Virus record (IMG/VR): IMGVR_UViG_3300032327_000475
Span: 1-43,672 of that record
Source of the DNA: a virus
Lineage: Duplodnaviria; Caudoviricetes
Direction: 5' to 3' (one strand)
DNA length: 43,672 bases
The position numbers and the translations under genes are program-made. The notes beneath the pieces are model-generated. The model did no database searches. It was not told the origin of the DNA and saw nothing but the letters and a program-made list of their open reading frames with translations. Positions 11,201-20,930 of the stretch are shown piece after piece (positions within the stretch are counted from its first letter, which is position 1; every line of letters begins with the position of its first letter).

Positions 11201-13290
11201 TTACTCCCTTGATTATTTATTAAAATAGACCACCAACCTCCATCAAAGAATGGCAGAAAGATGCTCGCAGTTGTTGTTAGGTCTGCGGTATCAGGGTAGA
11301 ATTCTAATACGCCATACTTGTTGTACTTATTTACTACTGAACCCGAGTAAGAACCTGAGAGATTCGCAGAGCCTGTGTATTTAAGTACTAGTGCGGTCCC
11401 TGTATCTGTGGACCATAAGCTCTGAGTGTATCTATTGGATGCTGGTATTCCTGTTGTTTTAAATCTAAATTCAACTGCTTGAGGTCTATTGTTAGTAGCT
11501 CCCCAGCTTGAATTCAATACAAAAGAAGATGTAACGAAATTAGAACCTGAGGTATCAAAAGCGTAACTAAATTCATTCTGCCAGTTATCCCAAGTGCTTG
11601 AATTCTCATCTTTACCCCCAAATTCATTTATTCTAATGATGGTATCTGAGATACCGAAGCAATTTAATAGTACTCTTAAACCTGCAACCGTTCCTTTTTT
11701 CTTTAAAAGATAAGGTAAATTGTGGTATAGTCTTTTATAAATTAATTTTTGAGCATCATTATAGGGAGTCATCTCTGCAGACGCAGTGACGTAGTTTGTA
11801 ATTAATTCACTACCTGTTGGCGGCAAGGTAGAACCTCCTGGTGTGATTCCTAAGAAAGAAGTATAAAGATCACTATTTGTAAAATTACTCTCGTAAAGTT
11901 CAACACCGTAAGATCTTAAAGCATCTGCAACTAAATCTACAGAAATACCCCCTCCTAAACTATTATCACCATCCTGTCTATTTTCTAGAGCTTTTGTGTA
12001 TAACCAAATTTGGTCAAACATTTGAGCTACTTCATCGTTAAATAATTTAAACTGGTCGTTATCAGGGTCTTCTACGATATAGTTTGGATAAATATTGTAG
12101 ATATAATTCTGATTGAATTCATCATATAGAGATGCGGAATCTGCTTGATTATTATACCAAGTTGTTACTTGAGCAGAACCTGTTGAATAAAGAATGTAGG
12201 GCTGTGTTGAGTTTGATTTTGGCCAAGTTGTTGAACTCGATTCGAAATATAGGTGATAATCATACCCGTCAAAGTTTGTAATTATAGAACTTATCTGTCT
12301 TTGATATGTTACAATACTGCTTGAAACTTCCGTTGTAAGTGGTACGGTATTTAGTATTGCTATCTGATTATTATAATTTTGAATCTGAGAAGCTTTATAA
12401 TAAAAGTTTGCAAGTCTCTGTTCAGCAGAACTAAAGAATACAAAATTAGAATAATTAGAATAATCTGTATTTAATTCTGCTCTTTTTTCTACAAGTATAC
12501 TCTGTAATTGATTTGTAAGTGCTGCGGTAGAAGCATTTAGTAATGTTCCTGCAGATTGAAAATCGGTAGAGTTGTTTACTTTATTTTGTATGTTTATATT
12601 TAGGTTAGGACCTCTTAAGGTTTCACTATTAGTTATAATAATTTCTTCTTGAGGGAATTCTAAACTATAAGCTTGCGGTTCTGATATTTTCTCTATAAAA
12701 GAGAAATTAGATTTAACTACTAAATTAAAAGGTAAAGCTTCATATAGTTTTAATACGATACTACCTTGTATGTACTCAACATTGACAACTAGTAAAATAG
12801 TGTCAGATCCAAAGTCTAAGTAAAAGCCTTTAAATAATTCGCCGGTATTTAATATCGACTGTAAGGTAGTTACCAGTGCTTGATTTTGTGCATCAGTGTA
12901 AGATGTATTTTGTATTCTTAATTCCGTTCTATCGGAGGATATTTGAGTAATATTAAATAAAGGCCCTCCTTGAATGATATTTCTTAGGAAGTTATAGTTA
13001 ATTTTATACTTGCCCTGTGTATAACCATTACCTGTTAAATCAGTAGCAGGATCTATAACCAACTGCGATACTAGTGTATCTGATACAATCCCGCTTGTTA
13101 CTGAATATTTGGTTGTGATTCTTGATATAAAATTATCGTTGCTATCATAAAGATAAGCCTCTATTATATCTGTACTAGTATCGAATGCACTCTCTAAAGA
13201 TATGCTTGATACAGTGCTTGCATCTACTGGAGCTAAATCTTGTCCGGTTAAATTTAGTGGTAATACGGGGAGTATATTAGGAGTAGACAT
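8248..13290 (-). CDS. Large baseplate/tail structural protein (1680 aa) with a gpI/gp7-like motif and a LamG-like segment
   Basis: LPYLLKKKGTVAGLRVLLNCFG; GWWSIL...SGSLQELRYY; lies downstream of the wedge genes. Confidence 0.65.
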   Translation of the reverse strand: MSTPNILPVLPLNLTGQDLAPVDASTVSSISLESAFDTSTDIIEAYLYDSNDNFISRITTKYSVTSGIVSDTLVSQLVIDPATDLTGNGYTQGKYKINYNFLRNIIQGGPLFNITQISSDRTELRIQNTSYTDAQNQALVTTLQSILNTGELFKGFYLDFGSDTILLVVNVEYIQGSIVLKLYEALPFNLVVKSNFSFIEKISEPQAYSLEFPQEEIIITNSETLRGPNLNINIQNKVNNSTDFQSAGTLLNASTAALTNQLQSILVEKRAELNTDYSNYSNFVFFSSAEQRLANFYYKASQIQNYNNQIAILNTVPLTTEVSSSIVTYQRQISSIITNFDGYDYHLYFESSSTTWPKSNSTQPYILYSTGSAQVTTWYNNQADSASLYDEFNQNYIYNIYPNYIVEDPDNDQFKLFNDEVAQMFDQIWLYTKALENRQDGDNSLGGGISVDLVADALRSYGVELYESNFTNSDLYTSFLGITPGGSTLPPTGSELITNYVTASAEMTPYNDAQKLIYKRLYHNLPYLLKKKGTVAGLRVLLNCFGISDTIIRINEFGGKDENSSTWDNWQNEFSYAFDTSGSNFVTSSFVLNSSWGATNNRPQAVEFRFKTTGIPASNRYTQSLWSTDTGTALVLKYTGSANLSGSYSGSVVNKYNKYGVLEFYPDTADLTTTASIFLPFFDGGWWSILINNQGSNVFTVYAKDKIYEGVDGNTLGFQASGSVTKANNWATAATSYFASSSFPASIFSGSLQELRYYKNALIEDAFNAYVMNPSSIEGNSLNSGSTELAFRATLGGELYTASISVHPKAAGGWITTSSFASNSNFYFKTTPTFVTNTEIVYYDQVPAGIQNPISDKIKIGRIILPPSGSTNIPAETVLSPFRSIQQKTTAQETVTRDVNYVEIALSPQNEINEDINSSLGFFNIGEYIGDPRFISSDIPYYVDLDTFSKNYFLKYTGNYNWNDYNRLAKYFDNAVFRMIKDFIPARAGVSAGLVIKQHLLERNRLRPAQASYTQPEYTASVTSAARDYQPGAIEVFTGGAGGSVNTLINTSQSWSSSLNTKAGIVNQINSSEYEFYNGEYSGSTIDVIRGKLQDNPLLGIQYQASIGDLQDFTVKASSQIISASTPFLGGGFGSGTIKFDTLTKASSYYNTGTYSYSPGFYNLVDINISVSGSTINSSGTDVLTIYLDKDGTTLAFTQWSIGIGSQFNPKLTISSLPLESGSYSVKYIYNGGNTNVSSSLNILSSWTLSTTNTFAQSTYYLDPTIFTQQNFPGNINEYSDYNSLLNNVYSNRVSNKYYDVDYSNDLTNPVNFKSIISQSALYAQVQDSNYILGSAWGKARYSGTKLTSATYNKFTTGDISYGQKAVIDNYSDYFAVFSNNASAYPEYPEGSNFKLIAILDTTGQIYSLTGDNQYLGFVSNIFKKGTSAIAYAKDVSNQNTATNLTIIEGGAVYNTILYKSGSNSSNEGFIANYSSSQPAYTASLALVSGPSLRDTGTANIGWIYSLNNNTSSLGALDPIRSYGIPLGSNVGIYNKRTGQYITASPYPFVDGALSSSISQQDTYFPLQPNDFVRFGYEPDSPYGVDGAFNTGTLTQIKSITTGSDYNQTSILGILNLNSIPVTARQNYRIFRRVPDETSVVVSTNPQINITSGEVGILIPENFNPNYDPISIAKAAGLIS

Positions 13291-13637
13291 TATTTAGGTG
13301 TTTGTAAGTTATTAATATATTGTTGTAATTGCAAGTTCTCTTGTCTTAAATTTGTTATCTCTGCTTGTAAAGCTTCAATATCACCGTTTATTGCTGCACC
13401 TCCAATATACTCTGAGCTTTGCTTTACTAGATATTCGTGTGAGTTTATATCCCCTGTTTTAGGTATATCGTAAAAAAGAGTAGAGTAGTCTGTGAAAAAC
13501 TCAGAGACTGTTGGTACTGCTATATTTGCTGTTTGTGTAGTAGTTGTAGGTGCAAACTCACTGAAAGAGGTATTGATTGTTTTACCTAATTCTACTCTAT
13601 TATAACCTGTTACTTCTATACTTATTGTTTCTGCCAT
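13290..13637 (-). CDS. Hypothetical structural-module protein with C-terminal coiled coil
   Basis: Stop/start overlaps on both sides. Confidence 0.7.
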   Translation of the reverse strand: MAETISIEVTGYNRVELGKTINTSFSEFAPTTTTQTANIAVPTVSEFFTDYSTLFYDIPKTGDINSHEYLVKQSSEYIGGAAINGDIEALQAEITNLRQENLQLQQYINNLQTPK

Positions 13638-14764
13638 TATCCATTTACTACTTTAAAAATATAATCATTATCGAATACTGTTGTAGTTGCTCCTACAGTA
13701 CTGCGAATTAATATTTTGTAATATCTTTCAGGTTCTAAACCATTCATGTAGAGTGTAAAATAGTTACCAATTGAATCACAGCTCACTTTTGTATAATTAG
13801 AATCGAAATCAATTACGAACTCGTCTGTATCTAAGTCTTTGATTGCGTAATAAGTCGTCTGCGGTAATGCATAATTTATAGTGAATAAAGATGCAGTCTG
13901 CCAGATTTTTGGCGGGTTAGTAGGTCTAGCGTTTACTCTAAATGTATTTACACTGTCTGAATAGAATACTCCTAAGTTATTATCAACTGCAACAGTTGTT
14001 GGTGTGCTTGTGATAGCAGGTAGAGAACCTGTAGTATAGGCTGAATCATCCCATTTTAATTCTAAACACGGAGGGTAGATTGTATGAGTATCTCTTGAAA
14101 AATACCTTATTACATTCTGCTGTAGTATATTGCTTATAAACTCTTGTGAACTACTCTGTCTTACTATTACTCCGTAATTTGTAAAAGCACTAGAAGACCA
14201 CCTAGTTACTATCGATGTGATATTAGTATCGATATCTAAATCAGAATAGTATGAGAAACTTTGACTTGCCTGTGATCCTGTGTACCAAACCCCTCCTCCT
14301 CTTGAATTTGGATTAAGTGTTAGGTTATAAGAACCTGTTGTTCCGGCTACAAAGCTTGATGTTGTCCAAGCATTACTGCCTGAAAAAGATCTAAAGATCC
14401 AAGATACTCCTGTACTATTCTCTGGTGAATCTAAAAACTTACCAGTACCCATTGCCCAATCTTCTGCAAGAGCGTTTACATTTAGTGTAGTTGTATTATT
14501 GATTCCAGTAACATTTGCTACAAAGCACTTAAGGTTTGCTTGCCAGCTTTTTATTCCTATTAGACTACTAAATGTGTTTTGTATTTCTGATTGATCAAAT
14601 TTAATTAAGAATCTAGAGGCTTGTGGGTAGCTTCCTTCAACCTGTAGTTGAGTAACTTTATAATTACTTGAAGCATCTAAGATTTCATCTAACCCTGTGT
14701 TCATCGTAGGGTATCCAGAATAGATAGTTGCATCTGCTGTCGGGAATAGTTTATATACTGCCAT
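13637..14764 (-). CDS. Structural protein with DNRLRE-like N-terminal domain
   Basis: ADATIYSGYPTMNTG...SRFLIKFD...W.MGTG. Confidence 0.55.
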   Translation of the reverse strand: MAVYKLFPTADATIYSGYPTMNTGLDEILDASSNYKVTQLQVEGSYPQASRFLIKFDQSEIQNTFSSLIGIKSWQANLKCFVANVTGINNTTTLNVNALAEDWAMGTGKFLDSPENSTGVSWIFRSFSGSNAWTTSSFVAGTTGSYNLTLNPNSRGGGVWYTGSQASQSFSYYSDLDIDTNITSIVTRWSSSAFTNYGVIVRQSSSQEFISNILQQNVIRYFSRDTHTIYPPCLELKWDDSAYTTGSLPAITSTPTTVAVDNNLGVFYSDSVNTFRVNARPTNPPKIWQTASLFTINYALPQTTYYAIKDLDTDEFVIDFDSNYTKVSCDSIGNYFTLYMNGLEPERYYKILIRSTVGATTTVFDNDYIFKVVNG

Positions 14765-14774
14765 TTAATTTTTA

Positions 14775-16634
14775 TTATAAGGGTACAACTTTACCTCTGA
14801 TATCGCTATCTGGATATTTAACTTCAAAAATACTTGGATCTAAAGAAGGATATATTACACTACTTTGAGTTGCAGGCCCTATATCGTATGAGTATTTGGA
14901 GTAGCCTGAAGCTTCTCCTGATTTATTACTGATGCTTATATTCTTGACTGTCTGAACTCCTGCTACTTGGTCTAGTAGTATGTAAAGATCTTTTAACATA
15001 ATAGGCTGGTTAAACTGCCAATTATCTATTTTAAAATATGTTTTTAATTGGTTAATACAGTTAAGGATTACTTCATTACTATTGTAATTTGGTCTAACTA
15101 CAATTTCAAAATCTGCTGCTATATTAATGATAAAGCCATCTTTTATAGTTACACTATCCCCCACCATTCTATATTCAGACAAGTAGGTAGCTAGATTTTG
15201 TTTTATTGTATTAGAAACTGTTCTTAAATTTTTGTTTGTATCATAACCTAATGTATACAAGGTTAAGGTACTTGGAATTTCACCGGGCAGTGTAGAGGTA
15301 CTTGCTTTAGTTGGTTCAATAAATGCTTTAGCAACTGAGCCGTAAGTAGATGGCATTGATAATGCTCTAACTAAATAATCATTAGGAGTTACGTTTCTTA
15401 ATTGAGATTGATAAGCTACTAGTGTATTTTGTCTGATTTCCTCTAAAGTATCTCCATCAGATCCTCCATCTGCTGCTACTGGGTTATTAATAGCGATTGT
15501 GCTAAAAATATAGTTTGCAGTTGCAGTATTTAGGTTGCTATTAGTAAAAGCGATACCTGTAGTTGTACTTATTGTATTTAAGGTGCTTGCTTCTATATTA
15601 GCTGCTACACCTCCTCCTGTCAAGTATCTAACTGTTAGAGTTGTGTTAGAAGGTGCAATACCGTAAGTATCTGTATAAAGGAAGTTGGTTGGGTCAAATG
15701 CTGTTGTTAGTTTAGATTGCTCATAAGGTAATCCTAAACCTACATTATTACCGTTTGGTGTTATAACTTCATCAACTGCGTTAGTTGTTCCGGCTCCAAA
15801 TTGAATATCTAAATTAGTATTAGATCTAAAACGAGTTACAAAACGTCTAGCTTTTTTCTCCAGTTGTAATAAGTAGGGTGCATCTGTACCAAGGGTATTG
15901 TTAGGGTCATTTTCATTAGTATTCTTTAGTGATTTAAATACCATTTCTTGACCTAAGTAAGGAACTTCGTACCAAATATTACCTTCAGAATCAGTTACAT
16001 CTAGTATTTCAATTATACTAGGAGTTGTAAGAGTGACTGTTGAGAATGATTGTGGTGCACCGAAACTAAATGTTTCTGATTGTATTTGAGCAGATATTGC
16101 TTTCCTGGTTTTCTTTAATAAAAAGTATTGTGGATTTCCTGCAGATATCTGGTATACTGTTATTTCAGTTGGATCTAGAGAGCTAGATACTGTAAAATCT
16201 ACGCTATCTTGAACTAAAAATGTTGAATCACCTAATGAATCTCTTACTTGTGTATTTTCCGGGAAGTATAGTGCATAATCAAAATCTGGAATGTATACTG
16301 AGCCTGATAGTTTAGCTGGTAGTTGTTGGTAGAAATCTACATTCACTGTAGCAGCTTTAGTAACCTTAGGTTTATATCCAAGCATATAAGCGAGGTTGTA
16401 GATACTACTATCCTGTCTCGCATACTGTACAAAGGTTTCCTGTATTTGATTATCTAAATAAAAAGATAGTACATCTCCTACGTATGCAGATGTTTCCATA
16501 AACATCATACCCGGTGAAGAAGGGCTAAAATCGTTATAAGTGTTTGGGAAATAGGTCTTAGTAAAATCTATTAACAGGTTCTTCAATCCTGCAAAATCCC
16601 TGTTGAAGTATTTTATGTCTCTATTTTCAGCCAT
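14775..16634 (-). CDS. Baseplate wedge subunit (T4 gp6/baseplate J-like)
   Basis: RDFAGLK...DFSPSSPGMM...AYVGDVLSFYLD...LAYMLGY; IQFG; GGSDGDTLEEIR...RNVTPNDY. Confidence 0.9.
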   Translation of the reverse strand: MAENRDIKYFNRDFAGLKNLLIDFTKTYFPNTYNDFSPSSPGMMFMETSAYVGDVLSFYLDNQIQETFVQYARQDSSIYNLAYMLGYKPKVTKAATVNVDFYQQLPAKLSGSVYIPDFDYALYFPENTQVRDSLGDSTFLVQDSVDFTVSSSLDPTEITVYQISAGNPQYFLLKKTRKAISAQIQSETFSFGAPQSFSTVTLTTPSIIEILDVTDSEGNIWYEVPYLGQEMVFKSLKNTNENDPNNTLGTDAPYLLQLEKKARRFVTRFRSNTNLDIQFGAGTTNAVDEVITPNGNNVGLGLPYEQSKLTTAFDPTNFLYTDTYGIAPSNTTLTVRYLTGGGVAANIEASTLNTISTTTGIAFTNSNLNTATANYIFSTIAINNPVAADGGSDGDTLEEIRQNTLVAYQSQLRNVTPNDYLVRALSMPSTYGSVAKAFIEPTKASTSTLPGEIPSTLTLYTLGYDTNKNLRTVSNTIKQNLATYLSEYRMVGDSVTIKDGFIINIAADFEIVVRPNYNSNEVILNCINQLKTYFKIDNWQFNQPIMLKDLYILLDQVAGVQTVKNISISNKSGEASGYSKYSYDIGPATQSSVIYPSLDPSIFEVKYPDSDIRGKVVPL

Positions 16635-17037
16635 TGTTTATATTTAATTGTATTGTATCATTTATTCCAGTATCAATTATACTGTATGTGATTGTGATAA
16701 AAAAAGTATTGTAGTCAGAACTAGCTGCTAATTCTACAACTGCTTGTATGTTCGGGAAGTATTTAGTGATTATGGATTCTATGTAGTTTTGGATTTCCGC
16801 AACTGAGTTTTGGTTAGATTGTTCAAAAACATACTTCTGTATACCTCCTCCTAAGTTAGGATTAAAAACTCTCTCCCCTTGTCCTGTCAGTAAAAAATTA
16901 ATTAAATTATTTCTAATAGCATCTTTAGTTGTATATGTAGGTTTGAAGACTGCGTTAGCGCTAAAAGGCAAAGATATTCCAACTGCTTTTCTAGCATTTA
17001 AATCTATAGGATATATTCTCTTTGCACCAAATGCCAT
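16627..17037 (-). CDS. Baseplate wedge protein (gp25/GPW-like)
   Basis: IRNNLINFLLTGQGERVFNPNLG; precedes the gp6-like gene. Confidence 0.9.
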   Translation of the reverse strand: MAFGAKRIYPIDLNARKAVGISLPFSANAVFKPTYTTKDAIRNNLINFLLTGQGERVFNPNLGGGIQKYVFEQSNQNSVAEIQNYIESIITKYFPNIQAVVELAASSDYNTFFITITYSIIDTGINDTIQLNINNG

Positions 17038-17438
17038 TATCTTTTAGTCATTAGACCCATTATTTGGTTTAGGTTTACTTCACCTGCTGGTAAAGAAGAT
17101 CCTTCTGCAGCTGTATTAGCAGCTACTGGTGGTCTATATTCTTGAGAAGCTCCAAAGTTTAGAGCGTCATTTGACCCTACGTTGATGTTTCCGTTTCTAG
17201 AATCTAACATACCGTTTAGTAGTGTTGCATACTTTTCTCTAGTATTAACAACAGGTGCCGTTGGTATTGGCTGTACGTGCGGTTGTGTGTATGTCTCCGT
17301 AACTTGTCCATAACCGCCTACACCTACAGGAACTGCTTTTGAAGACCTTAAGGCTTCCAGTAGAACGTCTTTCAATTCTTCTTGAATTGCTTCTTTAACA
17401 GTTTCTTTGATTAGTTTTTTTAATGTTTTGATATCCAT
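17037..17438 (-). CDS. Hypothetical late protein
   Basis: Clean ORF; N-terminal LKKLIKETVKEAIQEE; late motif upstream. Confidence 0.7.
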   Translation of the reverse strand: MDIKTLKKLIKETVKEAIQEELKDVLLEALRSSKAVPVGVGGYGQVTETYTQPHVQPIPTAPVVNTREKYATLLNGMLDSRNGNINVGSNDALNFGASQEYRPPVAANTAAEGSSLPAGEVNLNQIMGLMTKR

Positions 17439-17442
17439 CTTT

Positions 17443-17450
17443 TATAAATA
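17443..17450 (-). promoter_or_regulatory. Putative late promoter TATTTATA
   Basis: 4 nt upstream of ATG 17438. Confidence 0.55.
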
Positions 17451-17454
17451 TTTC

Positions 17455-18405
17455 TTAATTGGCTTTTAGATTATCTCTGTTTATTATTAATTTTAACTCC
17501 TCTATTAATACTTGAGGGTCTTGAGTGAATGAAGGTTCTGTCTGTAGAAGTACAATTCCTTGACTATTTTTAGCTTGTCCGATCTTTTGATTTAGATTAC
17601 TATTAAACGGTTTCTCTACTATGGCAAACGTGAATCCTTGATAGGTTGATTGTATATTAGAGGTCTCAGCAAGTTTAATTGTACTAAGTAGTGTATCTAC
17701 ATCAGCTCCTAGTTTGTTTGGTTGTTTACCGCATTTTTCAAGTACTAAATCTATAGCCTTAAGTAATGCTAAGATTGACTGTAGTATCAAAGCAGCACTG
17801 GAAGTATATTGAGATCCTAGTTGTATTGCTCTTTTAATCTCCGGCAGTCTAGGTGTTCCATCTGTCTTAAAGGTAAGTTTAGTTCTTAAATCATCTAAAT
17901 CACTTATTAAGGAGCCTACTGCTCCTGGTATTGGAAATACAAATTTACTAGCTACCGATGTTGCGGTTTTTAATAAATCTACTACATCTAAGGTTTCTAC
18001 AGTTGTGTTGATGATTGGTGATAGAGTCTGAAGTGAAGTGTTTACTATGTTGATATACTTTGCTGTATTTTCAATATCAGTGCCTAATGCATTCCTAACT
18101 GCTAATACTTGATCTAAGATTGCTTGAGATGGACAAAGGTCTGGTAATTGTGGATTTCCTGTCTCAAGTCCTGTTATCCCTAGCTTAGCAGCTTGGCTTG
18201 ATAAAGTAGAAATTGCTTTTGATTTTAAATCTTCAATCTTTACATTGATTGTTTGATTTATTCTATCAAGAGGGAGAAAAGCAGCTGCAGCAGTTACTGC
18301 TACTGCTCCTACAGCTAAAGCGCCTCGTAGAGCTGCTTCACGTTTCTCTGCTGATCTTACCTCAGCTTCCTGCTGTCTTTGTTGTTCTAATTCTTGAGGT
18401 GTCAT
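17455..18405 (-). CDS. Hypothetical helical protein in the baseplate module
   Basis: 316-aa ORF coupled to the upstream gene. Confidence 0.7.
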   Translation of the reverse strand: MTPQELEQQRQQEAEVRSAEKREAALRGALAVGAVAVTAAAAFLPLDRINQTINVKIEDLKSKAISTLSSQAAKLGITGLETGNPQLPDLCPSQAILDQVLAVRNALGTDIENTAKYINIVNTSLQTLSPIINTTVETLDVVDLLKTATSVASKFVFPIPGAVGSLISDLDDLRTKLTFKTDGTPRLPEIKRAIQLGSQYTSSAALILQSILALLKAIDLVLEKCGKQPNKLGADVDTLLSTIKLAETSNIQSTYQGFTFAIVEKPFNSNLNQKIGQAKNSQGIVLLQTEPSFTQDPQVLIEELKLIINRDNLKAN

Positions 18406-19556
18406 TAAGCTGTAAAATTGTATTTTGATTTGATAAGTGGTATACTTGTGCTCTTTAACTTTGTTAAAGTTTTAATCCATCCTGGTGCTTTTTGATTTAA
18501 AGTCGGTATTGGACCTCCAGAATTTGCTGCAGTTAATGATTGTTTTGAAATATCTAATAATACGTTTACGATGTCTGTAAGTAATGTTTCTAAGGCATTT
18601 CCGAGCACTAGAGGTTCTGTTGCTGATTTTGTACCTAAGTAAATATTCTGAGTTTGAAAGATCACCAGACTTGTATCAATATTCAATCCAGAATTTGAAC
18701 TTAAGCTGATAGTCTTTGCAGAGCTTAACATTAAATGATCTTCAGAACTATTAAAGATTAACCTGCCTGAGTTAATTAATATCTGTTTTCCTGAATATTG
18801 ATCCGGAAGTGTTGGTGTGTTTTCTTTGTAGGAGAAGTAATTTGTACTTGCAGCTTGAAACGGGATCTTCTGAGTGGTTGTTAAGTAAATTGAAGATGGA
18901 TCTTGATTTATATTTTCCTCTGTAGGTAAGAATCCTACTGATCCTGTATCACCTTGCCCGTTTCGTAATATTAAGATTGGATCTCCTGCAGAACCTTCTG
19001 CGGACCAGTTATTTAATGGTTTTGAATTAAGTTGATTAGTGGAGCCTAATCTAATAGAGTTCCCTAATCGTCCTTCAAGTACAACATCTCCTTCAAACTT
19101 CTTAACCGGTTTGATATTTGATTTTTCCTCAAAAGTGGTTCCTAGATCTATATTAGGACTGTCATCCTCTACTCTACTAACTGCTCCTAAAGTTGTCTGT
19201 TTATAATCTCTTCTCTGAGAGTCTGGTAGATCCTTATTCTCAAAAATAGTGGGTATCCCGTTGTGATGATTACTATTCCAGATATTAATAGGTGCAATGT
19301 AGTAATAAATCTCTTGGTAATTATTTGATTGTATATCTGGTGAAGGTAAGGCGAAGATGTAAATCAATTCATTTTTTAAAGGGAAGTTTGATAGGTTTGG
19401 GAAGTAGGGTTTTGCAAAGCCTCTAGAGTTGTAGTTAGCACCTTTAACTTTCTTAAAAGCTACTGTACCTACCCCATTCCATTCCCCTGCATTACTGAAG
19501 TACTTACTTGTTTGGTCTAAGACTATATCTTCTACTATTGCAACTTCAAATTTCAT
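18405..19556 (-). CDS. Baseplate hub/central spike-like protein (gp5/gpV-like)
   Basis: OB-like FPLKNELIYI...YYI, EGDVVLEGRLGNSIRLG, beta-rich repeats, ATEPLVLGN. Confidence 0.55.
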   Translation of the reverse strand: MKFEVAIVEDIVLDQTSKYFSNAGEWNGVGTVAFKKVKGANYNSRGFAKPYFPNLSNFPLKNELIYIFALPSPDIQSNNYQEIYYYIAPINIWNSNHHNGIPTIFENKDLPDSQRRDYKQTTLGAVSRVEDDSPNIDLGTTFEEKSNIKPVKKFEGDVVLEGRLGNSIRLGSTNQLNSKPLNNWSAEGSAGDPILILRNGQGDTGSVGFLPTEENINQDPSSIYLTTTQKIPFQAASTNYFSYKENTPTLPDQYSGKQILINSGRLIFNSSEDHLMLSSAKTISLSSNSGLNIDTSLVIFQTQNIYLGTKSATEPLVLGNALETLLTDIVNVLLDISKQSLTAANSGGPIPTLNQKAPGWIKTLTKLKSTSIPLIKSKYNFTA

Positions 19557-19891
19557 TATTCTATTGCTTTAATGTTGTTGATCTCTTTCATCAACTGTTC
19601 TCTTTCTTCTTCTGAAATACCAAAAGAGTCTGTTGCAGACTCCTGGTTTTGTATTATGCGTTGAATGATCGTAGCTAGTTTAACTAACTGATCATCGTTC
19701 TTAACTCCGATCTCCAAGTACTCCTTAATCATAGGTACGATCAAAGTAGCATCTCCAGTATCTTGTATTAAAGGTCTTAGTTCAGAGATCAAAGTTGAAA
19801 TCTGCTTTTCCTTCTTTTTTTGATTATCGTAAATCTCTTCTAAAAGATCTCCGAACTTCTTATTTTTAAAAATTAATTTATCTAAACTCAT
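19556..19891 (-). CDS. Hypothetical protein
   Basis: 111-aa helical ORF with late motif upstream. Confidence 0.7.
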   Translation of the reverse strand: MSLDKLIFKNKKFGDLLEEIYDNQKKKEKQISTLISELRPLIQDTGDATLIVPMIKEYLEIGVKNDDQLVKLATIIQRIIQNQESATDSFGISEEEREQLMKEINNIKAIE

Positions 19892-19906
19892 AATTAGTCT
19901 ATTTTT

Positions 19907-19914
19907 TATAAATA
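19907..19914 (-). promoter_or_regulatory. Putative late promoter TATTTATA
   Basis: 15 nt upstream of ATG 19891, at the head of the baseplate operon. Confidence 0.55.
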
Positions 19915-19928
19915 GAAAGCGGTACGGT

Positions 19929-20660
19929 TTAGAAGTTTGTGTATCCGTTCTCTAGGTAGAAAGCATACTGTTGTTTGTAGATTTCACCTAGATCACTTGC
20001 AACTTTAGTTATTCTAGGGGTCTTAATATCAATCTGCTCTCTGATATAGATGTATAAAGCTTTCTTATTGAAGATAGTTATATGCTCTCTCTTTCTAAAT
20101 AAATCTAAAATAGCATCTGCAATCTTTGCATCATCATCTTTAGGAAATAGTTCATAAATATTTTCTGTACAATACTCTACGAATAATTCTAAGAATTCAG
20201 AGATTTCATCTACTGGATGTATTATAACAGAGTCTGCTCGTTCACCGTTTGCGTCTAAAACATCACCGTAAACATATTCACCATCCTCCTGTTCACTGTT
20301 TAAGTTATCAAGAGATAGTAACTCCATCCTCTTTTTATAATTCTTCTGGTTAGAAGCAATCAAGTATCTCTTAGCAATCGTACCAAAGTATGAATAAGCC
20401 TTAGCTCCGTTTGCAGGGTTAAATTTACCTAGTTTGGTTAAGATAAAGGTTATTACTTCATGCTGAAGGTCTTCTAGGTTTGTCTCTTCCGTATAGTAGA
20501 ATTTAAAAGTATGAATTAAGTTCTGAGTTAATTTAAAGAGTGCATAGTGAATCTCTTCCCTATATATCTTATTTCTCTCTGCTTGATCCTCTGACAGAGT
20601 ATATCTTATGATAGCTAGTTCAGTATCATGAGTGAAGTAATTTTTATTCTTTGTCTCCAT
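19929..20660 (-). CDS. Phage late-transcription sigma factor (T4 gp55-like)
   Basis: Region-2-like EDLQHEVITFILTKLGKFNPANGAKAYSYFGTIAKRYL. Confidence 0.8.
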   Translation of the reverse strand: METKNKNYFTHDTELAIIRYTLSEDQAERNKIYREEIHYALFKLTQNLIHTFKFYYTEETNLEDLQHEVITFILTKLGKFNPANGAKAYSYFGTIAKRYLIASNQKNYKKRMELLSLDNLNSEQEDGEYVYGDVLDANGERADSVIIHPVDEISEFLELFVEYCTENIYELFPKDDDAKIADAILDLFRKREHITIFNKKALYIYIREQIDIKTPRITKVASDLGEIYKQQYAFYLENGYTNF

Positions 20661-20928
20661 CGATTATTTTAAAGTTATTTAAACGTTCTTGAATAACCTT
20701 AATTTGTTCGAAAAACCAACCAATCTCATCATCACTTTCGAAAGATCCTTTAGTGTCTAAGGTTTTTAAACGCTTATCGCTGTGTTCGATAATCTTAGAG
20801 AGTTTATCCATATAAAGGAAGTAACTTGCTAAAACATCTTCCTGCTTTTCGTTTTTACGTAATAAGTTGTAAGTCGTATAACTTAGAACTAAGACTGCGA
20901 TGATGAGAAAGGTGATTAATACTGTCAT
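20644..20928 (-). CDS. Small membrane-anchored protein
   Basis: N-terminal hydrophobic helix. Confidence 0.7.
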   Translation of the reverse strand: MTVLITFLIIAVLVLSYTTYNLLRKNEKQEDVLASYFLYMDKLSKIIEHSDKRLKTLDTKGSFESDDEIGWFFEQIKVIQERLNNFKIIDGDKE

Positions 20929-20930
20929 AA